From NCBI GenBank assembly GCA_030595765.1, contig JAUVCJ010000010.1, positions 1 to 23,203 on the forward strand: a stretch of DNA of 23,203 bases. Direction: 5' to 3'. A program made the position numbers and the translations under genes. The DNA is from Thermoplasmatota archaeon. Lineage in GTDB: Archaea > Thermoplasmatota > Thermoplasmata > GCA-020350865 > JAUVCJ01. Positions 8,682 through 16,015 of the stretch are shown here, piece by piece. Numbering within the stretch: position 1 is the first letter of the stretch; every line of letters begins with the position of its first letter. The notes below the pieces were generated by a model. The model worked only from the letters and a program-made list of their open reading frames with translations. It did no database searches and was not told the DNA's origin.

Positions 8682-8770
8682 GATGACTGATGGAATGACT
8701 GATGGAATGACTGATGAAAAGGCTGATGAAAAGGCTGATGAAAAGACTGATGAATAGGCTGATGAAAAGA
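8682..8770. repeat. Tandem 12-nt repeat, 7 exactly phased CTGATG cores (unit RAAWGRCTGATG)
   Basis: CTGATG occurs at 8687, 8699, 8711, 8723, 8735, 8747 and 8759. The array lies in the 226-nt divergent intergenic region between the HTH regulator gene and the 8807 gene. Confidence 0.9.
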
Positions 8771-8775
8771 AACGG

Positions 8776-8783
8776 TTTTTAAT
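8776..8783 (+). promoter_or_regulatory. Putative TATA box for the 8807 gene
   Basis: TTTTTAAT is centred about 27 nt upstream of the ATG at 8807 (leaderless geometry). It lies immediately downstream of the 12-nt repeat array. Confidence 0.5.
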
Positions 8784-8806
8784 GGTAGTATGCATATTGG
8801 TTCTCC

Positions 8807-10030
8807 ATGGCTTCCGATGGAGAGGATTATGCCAGGACATTGATATGCACCGGCTGTAATCGGAATTTTAAATCTATACTCCCTCATTCGCCTGTAGCCA
8901 ATAATTTGAATGTTCTATGCCCACATTGCAGCACCCAGAACATCATCCCATATGGGGCGGTGCTTCCTTCCCTCATGTATAACCCCTCCTCCTCTAACAA
9001 TTCTTCCATCGCGCAATCACCTTCTCAGAATTCTCCTAGCCAGCAATCGTTCTCAGGGAGTCCTTCCAGTGTGCAACCACCTCCTCAAAATCCCCCTGGT
9101 ATACAATCGTTCTCAGAGAGCTCAGGTAGCCCAGGTAGCTCTTCCAACGCACCTCCCCCTCTCCAGAGCCCCCAAGGTGTTCAGTCGTACCCCTGGAACC
9201 CCTTCAATGTCCACTCGGCTCCAACAGCACCTTCAAACACACAATCCTTTTCCTGGGAATACAATCCAAATCTCTTCAGGCATATGCCTGGGCCGATCCG
9301 TCAGGCGCCTCGTTCCAAGCTTCTTGTTGATGTTACAACGATCTCTATGCTAGCGCTTGCCATCATTCTCATTCTAACTTCCATCACGATGATGATGATG
9401 CCAGTGCTCCCACCTCAGAACGACTCACCACTGCTTCTAAGTGGTTATGTAAGTGATTCTCATTTTGAACCAATGGTGGGTATCCGGGTAAGCATAGATG
9501 GCACTGGCCAGATGGCAACGACAGACTCGGATGGCTATTATGAGATAGTTAACGTGGCTCCAGGGGTAAAAGACATTACGTTCTCGAAGAACTGGATAGA
9601 AAAGGAAACTCACACAGTATTCCTTATTGATAGGACCGAGGAGCTAGCCACCAATTTCACCACCCTTGACGTTTCCATGAGGGCCGAACCTCCAACCGAG
9701 CCCATCAACGACCTGTGGGTCTTTTACTCCCTTGGATTTTTTGGGCTCATTCTCTCGGCATTTCCCTTTGCCGGGGCAATATTATCACGAAAAGGCCATT
9801 TCTACTCGGTAATGGTGGTAAGCTCCCTGGTTGGCTTGGGTTTTACAATACCAGTAGGTAGGGTATTGGGGCTGTTCCACCCAGGGTTGATATGCCTGGC
9901 CATGTTGGCGCCAATGGTCCTAGTCCTGGTGTTCATCCAGGCCAGATTCTTCTCCGATGTTCTGCCCGATAGCCTGCTCCCTCTTTCTGAGGACGACAAC
10001 GGCGATACCGATGGCAATGACGACCAGTAA
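8807..10030 (+). CDS. Membrane protein: N-terminal zinc ribbon, P/S/Q-rich low-complexity linker, TM helix, CarboxypepD_reg-like beta-sandwich, C-terminal multi-TM region
   Basis: CTGC...CPHC zinc ribbon at the N-terminus. Repetitive S/P/Q tract (..QNSPSQQSFSGSP..QNPPGIQSFSES..). GYVSDSHFEPMVGIRVSIDGTGQMATTDSDGYYEIVNVAPG is a classic carboxypeptidase-regulatory-like motif. Several hydrophobic helices follow. Confidence 0.7.
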   Translation: MASDGEDYARTLICTGCNRNFKSILPHSPVANNLNVLCPHCSTQNIIPYGAVLPSLMYNPSSSNNSSIAQSPSQNSPSQQSFSGSPSSVQPPPQNPPGIQSFSESSGSPGSSSNAPPPLQSPQGVQSYPWNPFNVHSAPTAPSNTQSFSWEYNPNLFRHMPGPIRQAPRSKLLVDVTTISMLALAIILILTSITMMMMPVLPPQNDSPLLLSGYVSDSHFEPMVGIRVSIDGTGQMATTDSDGYYEIVNVAPGVKDITFSKNWIEKETHTVFLIDRTEELATNFTTLDVSMRAEPPTEPINDLWVFYSLGFFGLILSAFPFAGAILSRKGHFYSVMVVSSLVGLGFTIPVGRVLGLFHPGLICLAMLAPMVLVLVFIQARFFSDVLPDSLLPLSEDDNGDTDGNDDQ

Positions 10031-12277
10031 TATTACAAGCCACCAGGGGAACCCTTCCGGCTCCTGCTGTACTGGTGCAATTTCTTTGGGGGATATTCCT
10101 CCTAGGTCAAATATCGGTTGTTCCATCCCTATCTCGCCACCTATGTAGGCTGGGCTTGGTGGGGCAAAGTAGAGGGCCGAAAGGTCTGATTTGTAGCGAG
10201 GCATTGAGATAGTGAGATTCGTATCAGGGGTGATACCCAATGTCATTTGGGCGCTGACCATGTAGCTTGCAAAGGCTTCTGGATAGTCTTGAACCCCTTT
10301 ATCCTCCCTGTTTATGATGTTAATAGGGCTGGCACTCGCCAGTAGCCCATTGATATTGAATTGCCAGACCTGGTCTGCCATTTCTCCAGACACGTCTATG
10401 GTATTCTCCACGTTCCCGCTCCTGTCCATGGTTGGGCCTGACCAGTCAACCGAGCCATCGCCGTTGTAGTCTATCGACAGATAAAGGCTGGTAACCTGCA
10501 ATGTAGCAGGTCCAATGGCGCTGTACTGAAGCGCCAGGTCCACTGTTGTTGTCATTGGAGGTATGTAGAGGTAATGTGGGAACGATTTGAACACTTCCCT
10601 GTCCCTGCTAGGTGTTGAATCAACGTTCATGTTCGAGACCTGCCCCTTCCACTCGGCCACAAGAGTGTCGGTCTCTGCGGTTACGGTCCTATTGGAGATG
10701 ATGTCCTTGTAATACTCCAGAGCATCCCAGACAGTGGCGCTCTTGTCATCTCGCCTCAGCTCTTCCAGGGTGAGTGCTAGTGCAACAGCGTCCTGCACAT
10801 TGACCATTCCATATCCTTGGGCGTAATCATTGATGATGCCAGCCATTCCGCCAGAGCCGTTGGGCGGTACCCCGTTCTCAGGAGCCACGGTGATATACCT
10901 GCTTGCAAGCTTCATTATCAATTCAGCTTCATGTATGCGGGTCTCGGAGTTGTTCCAGTATCCAACATCATCACCTTGATAATCATCATGAACAGAACTC
11001 ACCCTCATGCTGGGTGCAGCTTCCCAGAGAAGTGCTGCGATACCTGCTATATGTGGTGTTGCCATTGAAGTGCCGGATATTGCCATGTAATAGGCTTCTT
11101 CCTCGAACTCCACAATAATATCATTGTAAGTTGTCATGGCGGTTATGTAGGTTCCTCTGGCCTGGGTAGATTGGATAGCCACTCCAGGGGCTCCAATGTC
11201 AGGCCATGTGAAGTTATCATCTGCAATGCCACGGGAGCTGAATACCGCAATACCGGAACCATCACGCTCGATGGCGGCAATTGACAGGGCAGCGGGTTCC
11301 AATGAATAGGGATTGGTGGTGACAATGCTGCCATCATGGTTCTTGGAGCCATCGTTCCCGGCAGCAAATACCACAACAACGTTGTTCTCGTAAGTTAGCG
11401 CCCTAATTACCTGCATGACCGCATCCTCGGAGTAGTACTCTCCAGGACTTCCCCATGAGTTGGAGGCCACCCTGATGTTGTAGGGGTTGGCACCGGGCTT
11501 GCTGTGCTCGTATATCCATTCCAGCGCACCTAGGGCGTTGAGGATCACAACTGCCTCACCTGTGCTTATGCCGATCAGGTTCGCACCAGGTGCCACACCT
11601 TTTCTGGCACCGCTTGAAGCCTCTCCATTACCAGCGACGGTGCCTGCGCAATGGGTGCCGTGGCCGCTGGAGGTATCAGTGTTTGCATCCTCGGTGTAAA
11701 TAAAATCGGTATTTGACTTGAGATTTACAATGACCTTCTCCTTGTATGGCAGATCAGGGTGCCCGGCATCAACGCCGGTGTCTACCACTACGACCGTGAC
11801 AGGGACCCTTTTACCGTTGACCAGCATTGCGCTACCGTCAATCGGGGATGATTCTCGCCCTTCAGGGCTGAGTATAGGTGCGTTCCAAGTAGTGGTGGCA
11901 TTGATAGTGGCTGTGGATTCGTCCATTGCCTGGTATAAAAGCCTGTTTACCTCCATCCAGTGTACCCGGTGATATTGGCTCAAAAGCTGTACTGAGCGCG
12001 CTGGCCCAGTTGCGTATACAGCCTGGCTTCCAGTGAAAAAGTGCTGAATTTCCAGGCCAGCTGCGTTGATGGCCCTAACATCCTGGTCCTGATATCCACC
12101 CTCGAACTGAACCAGCAACTCGATCTCGTCGAAATCCTGCGATCTGGCCAATTCCGCTCTGAGATAGGGGTTCATTACACCTGTGTTCATCTCTTCTGGG
12201 CTGGATATGTCTCCAAGAACTGGGGATACCATCAGCAGGACTGCAATGAATAGTGCTAGAGTTACCTTTACGTTCAT
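9920..12277 (-). CDS. Subtilisin-like serine protease (peptidase S8), secreted with a C-terminal TM anchor
   Basis: Catalytic triad contexts are VVVVDTGVDAGHPDL (Asp), GHGTHCAGTVAGNG (His) and SGTSMATPHIAGIAALL (Ser). The signal peptide is MNVKVTLALFIAVLLMVSPVLG and the C-terminal TM is WWLVILLVVIAIGIAVVVL followed by RKRE. The track start at 12304 is a TTG adjacent to the TATA box at 12308-12317, so the ATG at 12277 is preferred. Confidence 0.9.
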   Translation of the reverse strand: MNVKVTLALFIAVLLMVSPVLGDISSPEEMNTGVMNPYLRAELARSQDFDEIELLVQFEGGYQDQDVRAINAAGLEIQHFFTGSQAVYATGPARSVQLLSQYHRVHWMEVNRLLYQAMDESTATINATTTWNAPILSPEGRESSPIDGSAMLVNGKRVPVTVVVVDTGVDAGHPDLPYKEKVIVNLKSNTDFIYTEDANTDTSSGHGTHCAGTVAGNGEASSGARKGVAPGANLIGISTGEAVVILNALGALEWIYEHSKPGANPYNIRVASNSWGSPGEYYSEDAVMQVIRALTYENNVVVVFAAGNDGSKNHDGSIVTTNPYSLEPAALSIAAIERDGSGIAVFSSRGIADDNFTWPDIGAPGVAIQSTQARGTYITAMTTYNDIIVEFEEEAYYMAISGTSMATPHIAGIAALLWEAAPSMRVSSVHDDYQGDDVGYWNNSETRIHEAELIMKLASRYITVAPENGVPPNGSGGMAGIINDYAQGYGMVNVQDAVALALTLEELRRDDKSATVWDALEYYKDIISNRTVTAETDTLVAEWKGQVSNMNVDSTPSRDREVFKSFPHYLYIPPMTTTVDLALQYSAIGPATLQVTSLYLSIDYNGDGSVDWSGPTMDRSGNVENTIDVSGEMADQVWQFNINGLLASASPINIINREDKGVQDYPEAFASYMVSAQMTLGITPDTNLTISMPRYKSDLSALYFAPPSPAYIGGEIGMEQPIFDLGGISPKEIAPVQQEPEGFPWWLVILLVVIAIGIAVVVLRKREQAIGQNIGEESGLDEHQD

Positions 12278-12307
12278 TCGCTCACCAATGGGAGCATTTA
12301 TCAAAGC

Positions 12308-12317
12308 TATTTAAAAA
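12308..12317 (-). promoter_or_regulatory. Putative BRE/TATA box for the subtilase gene
   Basis: The minus strand reads GAGTTTTTAAATAG. The TATA centre is about 35 nt upstream of the ATG at 12277, which implies a short leader. Confidence 0.55.
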
Positions 12318-12380
12318 CTCTCCGGTAAAACTGTTACACCTTAATTACGGCCAGTGATATTTCAACCGATGTCGCAACCC

Positions 12381-12386
12381 TTATAT
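12381..12386 (+). promoter_or_regulatory. Putative TATA box for the 12410 gene
   Basis: CCTTATATCG is centred about 27 nt upstream of the ATG at 12410 (leaderless geometry). It is divergent from the subtilase promoter. Confidence 0.45.
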
Positions 12387-12409
12387 CGAACCGTGTCGGT
12401 TCCATATTC

Positions 12410-13747
12410 ATGGCAGATATGGACATCGCCGGCATAATAATCATCTGTCTAGTAGCAGCACTCGTGGCCTTCGGGCTGGCCATGATACTTATAAAAAAAC
12501 TCGAGAAGAGGCCAGACCGCCTCAGGCATATGCTTTCCAAAGGGCACATCGAGGACGAGGCCTCCAATGCCATAACTTCCACCATTGCAATAATCAACAA
12601 TATGTCCTCCAGGGGAATGGAAGTTGCAGAGGCCAGAAGCCTGATGGATAGGGCCCAAAATGCACTGGAAGCAAAGCAATATGCCAAGGCGATAACTTGG
12701 GCAGACCAGGCCAGAGCCGCACTTGCACGTTCCAAAGGCAGGGCAGGGCCAGCTCCTTCACAGAGGAACCAACCCCATTTTAGCCCTGCAGGTAACACAA
12801 AATCCAACGCCCAACCTCTATCCCAATCTCAAATCCATGAAAGGCTAGAGATAGAAGCTGTTGAACCTCAGCTAGAGGAAAGCCAGCTAGAGGGACGCCA
12901 GGCAGAGGAGACATATCTGGAGCCGGAAATTACAAGACCCATAATCTTACCAGAGGAGAAGATGAACATGAGCCAGAAGAGAGAACAAGAGCTACCTATA
13001 GACCCTAATGCCCATTTAGAGCTGGCAACCGAAGATGACATCATTGCCCAAGCGCAAAAGGACGACATGCCAGCAAAGTTCATGATATCCCAGGCACGCT
13101 CAAAGATGCATCAGGCGCGCTCAGGCGGGTACGACGTGTCAGAACCACAGCATCTATTGGAAGAGGCTCAAGTTGCACTGGATAACCAAAATTTCGGACA
13201 TGCTCTTCACCTGGCAGTCCAATCCAAAAAAAGGTCTGAGGAGCTGATGAATGCTCCAATGCAGGATTATATCAGCCAGGAAGGGCCTGAGGATGAGGTG
13301 ACCCATCAGGTAGCCATTCCTGAGGCCAACACTCCAGATCCAGCCAAGGTGCGCTGCTCCAAGTGTGGATGGTTCAAGGAGCCCTACATTGAGATGAAAA
13401 TAGATAATCAGCTAGAAAGCATCTGCGAGGCTTGCTACAGGGAGGAGATCGGTCAGCCAGCAGACGAAGCTAGCTCAGAGAAAGAGGACGACGCTAGCCC
13501 CCAGAAGAATGGCGAGGACACAGGCGATGACCAGCAGAACATCGATAACCAGCATGTTTATGACCAGCAGGCAAACCTCTCTAGCATGATAGAATGCTCC
13601 AGCTGCAGTGAGCCAATGGACCCTGAAGAGGATGCGTTCTGTGGAAAGTGCGGCACCCCTATTCCGGCTGAACGACTTTGTGAGGAATGCAACGCAGCAG
13701 TAGCCCAAGACGATGAGTTCTGCCGCAAATGTGGGAATAAACTCTAG
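12410..13747 (+). CDS. N-terminally TM-anchored protein with a duplicated helical-hairpin motif and C-terminal multiple zinc ribbons
   Basis: TM helix IAGIIIICLVAALVAFGLAMILI followed by KKLEKR. There are two copies of a motif: GMEVAEARSLMDRAQNALEAKQYAKA and GYDVSEPQHLLEEAQVALDNQNFGHA. Cys pairs are CSKCGW...CEACY and CSSCSE...CGKCGTPI...CEECNAAV...CRKCGNKL. Confidence 0.7.
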   Translation: MADMDIAGIIIICLVAALVAFGLAMILIKKLEKRPDRLRHMLSKGHIEDEASNAITSTIAIINNMSSRGMEVAEARSLMDRAQNALEAKQYAKAITWADQARAALARSKGRAGPAPSQRNQPHFSPAGNTKSNAQPLSQSQIHERLEIEAVEPQLEESQLEGRQAEETYLEPEITRPIILPEEKMNMSQKREQELPIDPNAHLELATEDDIIAQAQKDDMPAKFMISQARSKMHQARSGGYDVSEPQHLLEEAQVALDNQNFGHALHLAVQSKKRSEELMNAPMQDYISQEGPEDEVTHQVAIPEANTPDPAKVRCSKCGWFKEPYIEMKIDNQLESICEACYREEIGQPADEASSEKEDDASPQKNGEDTGDDQQNIDNQHVYDQQANLSSMIECSSCSEPMDPEEDAFCGKCGTPIPAERLCEECNAAVAQDDEFCRKCGNKL

Positions 13748-13812
13748 TGGCGGAACTTTTGATGAATGTAGGAATAATATTCTGGAGTGAGCTCTAGGGC
13801 AAATATTGGGCA

Positions 13813-14820
13813 CTAGCGCCTTGCCCTGTGCAGGGATAATTTTCTTTTTGGAGGGATGAAGCTCTTCCTGGGTAATGGGTCGTTAGGCCCTTTCATTGTT
13901 CGAGCCTTCCCCATGAATATGCAGACGCTCTCAACATCAGACCAGAGGTAGCTGCTCAGGCGCTTGTAATCCACCGAGTCCCAAAGCAGGTAGGCCAGGT
14001 CATCTGCCAATTCATTGCGCAAAGAGCAAAGGACCTCGTTGGGGTCTTCCTGCACCGTGAATATCTTTGGGGATATGCGAATGTCTAGTTCGGCATAGAA
14101 TCCATCCTGGGTCGGCTTGAGCATGACCGTACTATCTCCGCGTTTTCCACTGCCGCTATCTAGACCCTGGACAGACACTTTTCCGTTGCTGGATATGGTG
14201 GCCTTTTCTGGAACTAGCATGGTCTCTAAAAGGTTCAATATGAATTGCTCAACTTCCCTTATGGAGCTGGTAAGTTCAGTTCCCAAGAACGTGCTGGAGG
14301 CCTGAATGTGGAGGGAGGCGCTGAAGGCCTTTAACCCACTAATTTCCGGAGAGCCATTGATGATCTTGGGCTCAACAGATACTACTTTTCCTGCTTCCAT
14401 TGCGAAACAGGATAGGGCCACCCCGTCGGTCACCACCGAAAGCGTGTTCTTTTTGCCACCTCTTGCAATGAGCGTCTCATCATCTGTGTGGCTGTGGAAT
14501 ATCGAATGAACATCTGAAAGGTCGCGAAATTCGGCGTGGTAGTCATCCCTGAACGGATGGGAGTGATAGAGTCCGACTATGCCGGCGTTTCTGGGGTAAC
14601 CAGTTGCAATTCTAAATTCCTCCATGGGGTCAGCGTGTGCACCCACTCTGGATTGGTGCAGGTACTTTCTGCATTGTACAGCATCCATGACAAATATCTC
14701 ATTCCTGAACCTGTAACCGGTCAGCCAGCCCAACACCTCATTGCCGCTGGACTTAGCCTCTTCCAGTGCATGCCCCAGCAAACCTTGCACTGAGGACTCT
14801 GTCATGGTAACATCTACCAT
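13813..14820 (-). CDS. JAMM/MPN+ (JAB) metalloprotease-domain protein with an uncharacterised C-terminal half of about 200 aa
   Basis: NEVLGWLTG carries the conserved Glu, GIVGLYHSHP the HxH, and a later SHTD the SxxD. The spacer between HxH and SxxD is longer than canonical. The ATG at 14820 lies 4 nt after the E1 stop and is preceded by GGAGG 10 nt upstream. Alternative in-frame ATGs at 14838 and 14931 would overlap the E1 3' end. Confidence 0.75.
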   Translation of the reverse strand: MVDVTMTESSVQGLLGHALEEAKSSGNEVLGWLTGYRFRNEIFVMDAVQCRKYLHQSRVGAHADPMEEFRIATGYPRNAGIVGLYHSHPFRDDYHAEFRDLSDVHSIFHSHTDDETLIARGGKKNTLSVVTDGVALSCFAMEAGKVVSVEPKIINGSPEISGLKAFSASLHIQASSTFLGTELTSSIREVEQFILNLLETMLVPEKATISSNGKVSVQGLDSGSGKRGDSTVMLKPTQDGFYAELDIRISPKIFTVQEDPNEVLCSLRNELADDLAYLLWDSVDYKRLSSYLWSDVESVCIFMGKARTMKGPNDPLPRKSFIPPKRKLSLHRARR

Positions 14821-14824
14821 TTGC

Positions 14825-16015
14825 TCAATCCCTCCCATTCTCTTTGCTGGAGATCTCATCGAAAATCCTGGCAGCCCTATCCAATACATCAGGGCTCGGC
14901 CTTGGGATGCGGCTCTTGCCAGTCTCATCATTTACATCAGTTCTGTCATCCTTGTCATCGGCTCCTTCCTCGTCATCCTGAGTTCCGACATCATTATCCT
15001 CAGCCCTTTCTTCCGCCTCTTGGGCTCTGCCATCGCTATCATCAGCCCCTTCCTCGTCCTCTTGGGCTTTACCATCGCTATCATCAGTTCTTTTCTCGTT
15101 CTTTTGAGCTCTGCCGTCGCCGCAGATTGGGCACCCCGGATCCAACACCCAGTCCACCCTTTGGAGTGTGCCATCGGCTCCGTCGTAGATGAGGTATGGA
15201 GCCACGCTACCAAAGCCAAGCAGATGCTTGAAGGCTTCCTGGCACTGAAGGGAGGCGATGATCGACATCGTTGTTGGCAAGGATGTGACGTGACATAGAC
15301 CTGTGACGTGGTCAGGCGCATTCGGGTCCGGCTTAGGCTTGAAACCAGTCATGCCATGAGATTCGGTAAGCGGCCTGTTGCAACGGTAGCAAGGAGTTTC
15401 TCCTGGTAGCACAACATGGACACTGCCCCGTATGCCATCCAGGCTGGTGCCGCCATCAAATAGTGGGACTCCAGCTTTAACGCACTTAGCATTCAGGAAT
15501 AGCCTGACCCCAAAACTATCTACACATCCAAATAATGCATCGACTTTCTGATCCTCACTACTTCCTTCATTTCCCTCATTTCCTTCACAGCCTTCACCAC
15601 TTTTATCGCTATTAATGCTGTATAGGAGTCTGGAGTATCCCTTGTCGATAGTCACGTCCTGGGAGTTTGCTATGACCTTTGTGTCTGGGTTTGCAAGCTG
15701 AAGGTACTGGGCAATGGCATCGACTTTTGGCATCCCAACCTGGTCTGGTCTGTATATGAGCCTGTTCATGTTGGCCTGCTCCAAAGTGTCGTAATCAAAT
15801 ATCTCAAGGGTGCCAATGCCGCAACGAGCCAGTATGTCACAGACCACTGCACCCAAACCACCCACTCCAACAACTATTACCTTCATGGATCTGAGCCTTC
15901 CAAAATCCGCATGTGGAAACAGACCCAGTCTATGGTATCGGTCAGGCTCCATTGTATCACCATCCAACTCATCTCCTAACTCATCTCCCATTTCATTTCC
16001 CATCTCATTTCCCAT
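14825..16015 (-). CDS. E1-like ubiquitin-like-modifier activating enzyme, UBA5-like (ThiF/MoeB superfamily)
   Basis: VVGVGGLG is the nucleotide loop. ARCGIGTLEIFDYDTLEQANMNRLIYRPDQVG compares with human UBA5 [32 protein letters not shown] (recalled). Zn-site pairs are CYRC and CPIC. GLCHVTSLPTTMSIIASLQCQEAFKHLLGFGSVAPYLIY compares with UBA5 [38 protein letters not shown], which contains the catalytic Cys. The first ATG (16015) overlaps the E2 stop as TGATG; the track start at 16024 is a GTG. Confidence 0.85.
   Translation of the reverse strand: MGNEMGNEMGDELGDELDGDTMEPDRYHRLGLFPHADFGRLRSMKVIVVGVGGLGAVVCDILARCGIGTLEIFDYDTLEQANMNRLIYRPDQVGMPKVDAIAQYLQLANPDTKVIANSQDVTIDKGYSRLLYSINSDKSGEGCEGNEGNEGSSEDQKVDALFGCVDSFGVRLFLNAKCVKAGVPLFDGGTSLDGIRGSVHVVLPGETPCYRCNRPLTESHGMTGFKPKPDPNAPDHVTGLCHVTSLPTTMSIIASLQCQEAFKHLLGFGSVAPYLIYDGADGTLQRVDWVLDPGCPICGDGRAQKNEKRTDDSDGKAQEDEEGADDSDGRAQEAEERAEDNDVGTQDDEEGADDKDDRTDVNDETGKSRIPRPSPDVLDRAARIFDEISSKENGRD
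14921..15088. repeat. Coding tandem repeat, 4 x 42 nt (14-aa acidic unit of the type DDSDGKAQEDEEGA) in the C-terminal tail of the E1-like protein
   Basis: Protein-level units are TDDSDGKAQEDEEG, ADDSDGRAQEAEER, AEDNDVGTQDDEEG and ADDKDDRTDVNDET. At the DNA level, TCTTGGGCTCTGCCATCGCTATCATCAGCCCCTTCCTCGTCC is followed by a near-copy. Confidence 0.75.

Noticed and set aside
8682-8770. The possibility that the short tandem arrays (here, at 18729-18872 and at 21441-21520) are CRISPR arrays
   Set aside because: The units are contiguous (12, 24 and 16 nt) with no unique spacers between them. They are degenerate rather than identical, and no cas genes are nearby.
8570-8887. 105-aa and 76-aa minus-strand ORFs with HQPF/HQSF repeats
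   Set aside because: They are reading-frame artefacts of the 12-nt CTGATG tandem array. They span the divergent promoter region and overlap the 5' ends of both flanking genes.
12334-12807. 157-aa minus-strand ORF overlapping the start of the 12410 gene
   Set aside because: It covers the divergent promoter region (both TATA boxes) and runs antisense to the well-supported TM-anchored protein. It has no motifs.
14741-15321. Alternative-frame and antisense ORFs (185, 123 and 129 aa) within the E1 gene
   Set aside because: The E1 frame carries unmistakable ThiF/UBA5 motifs across this region. The alternatives are driven by the 42-nt acidic repeat.
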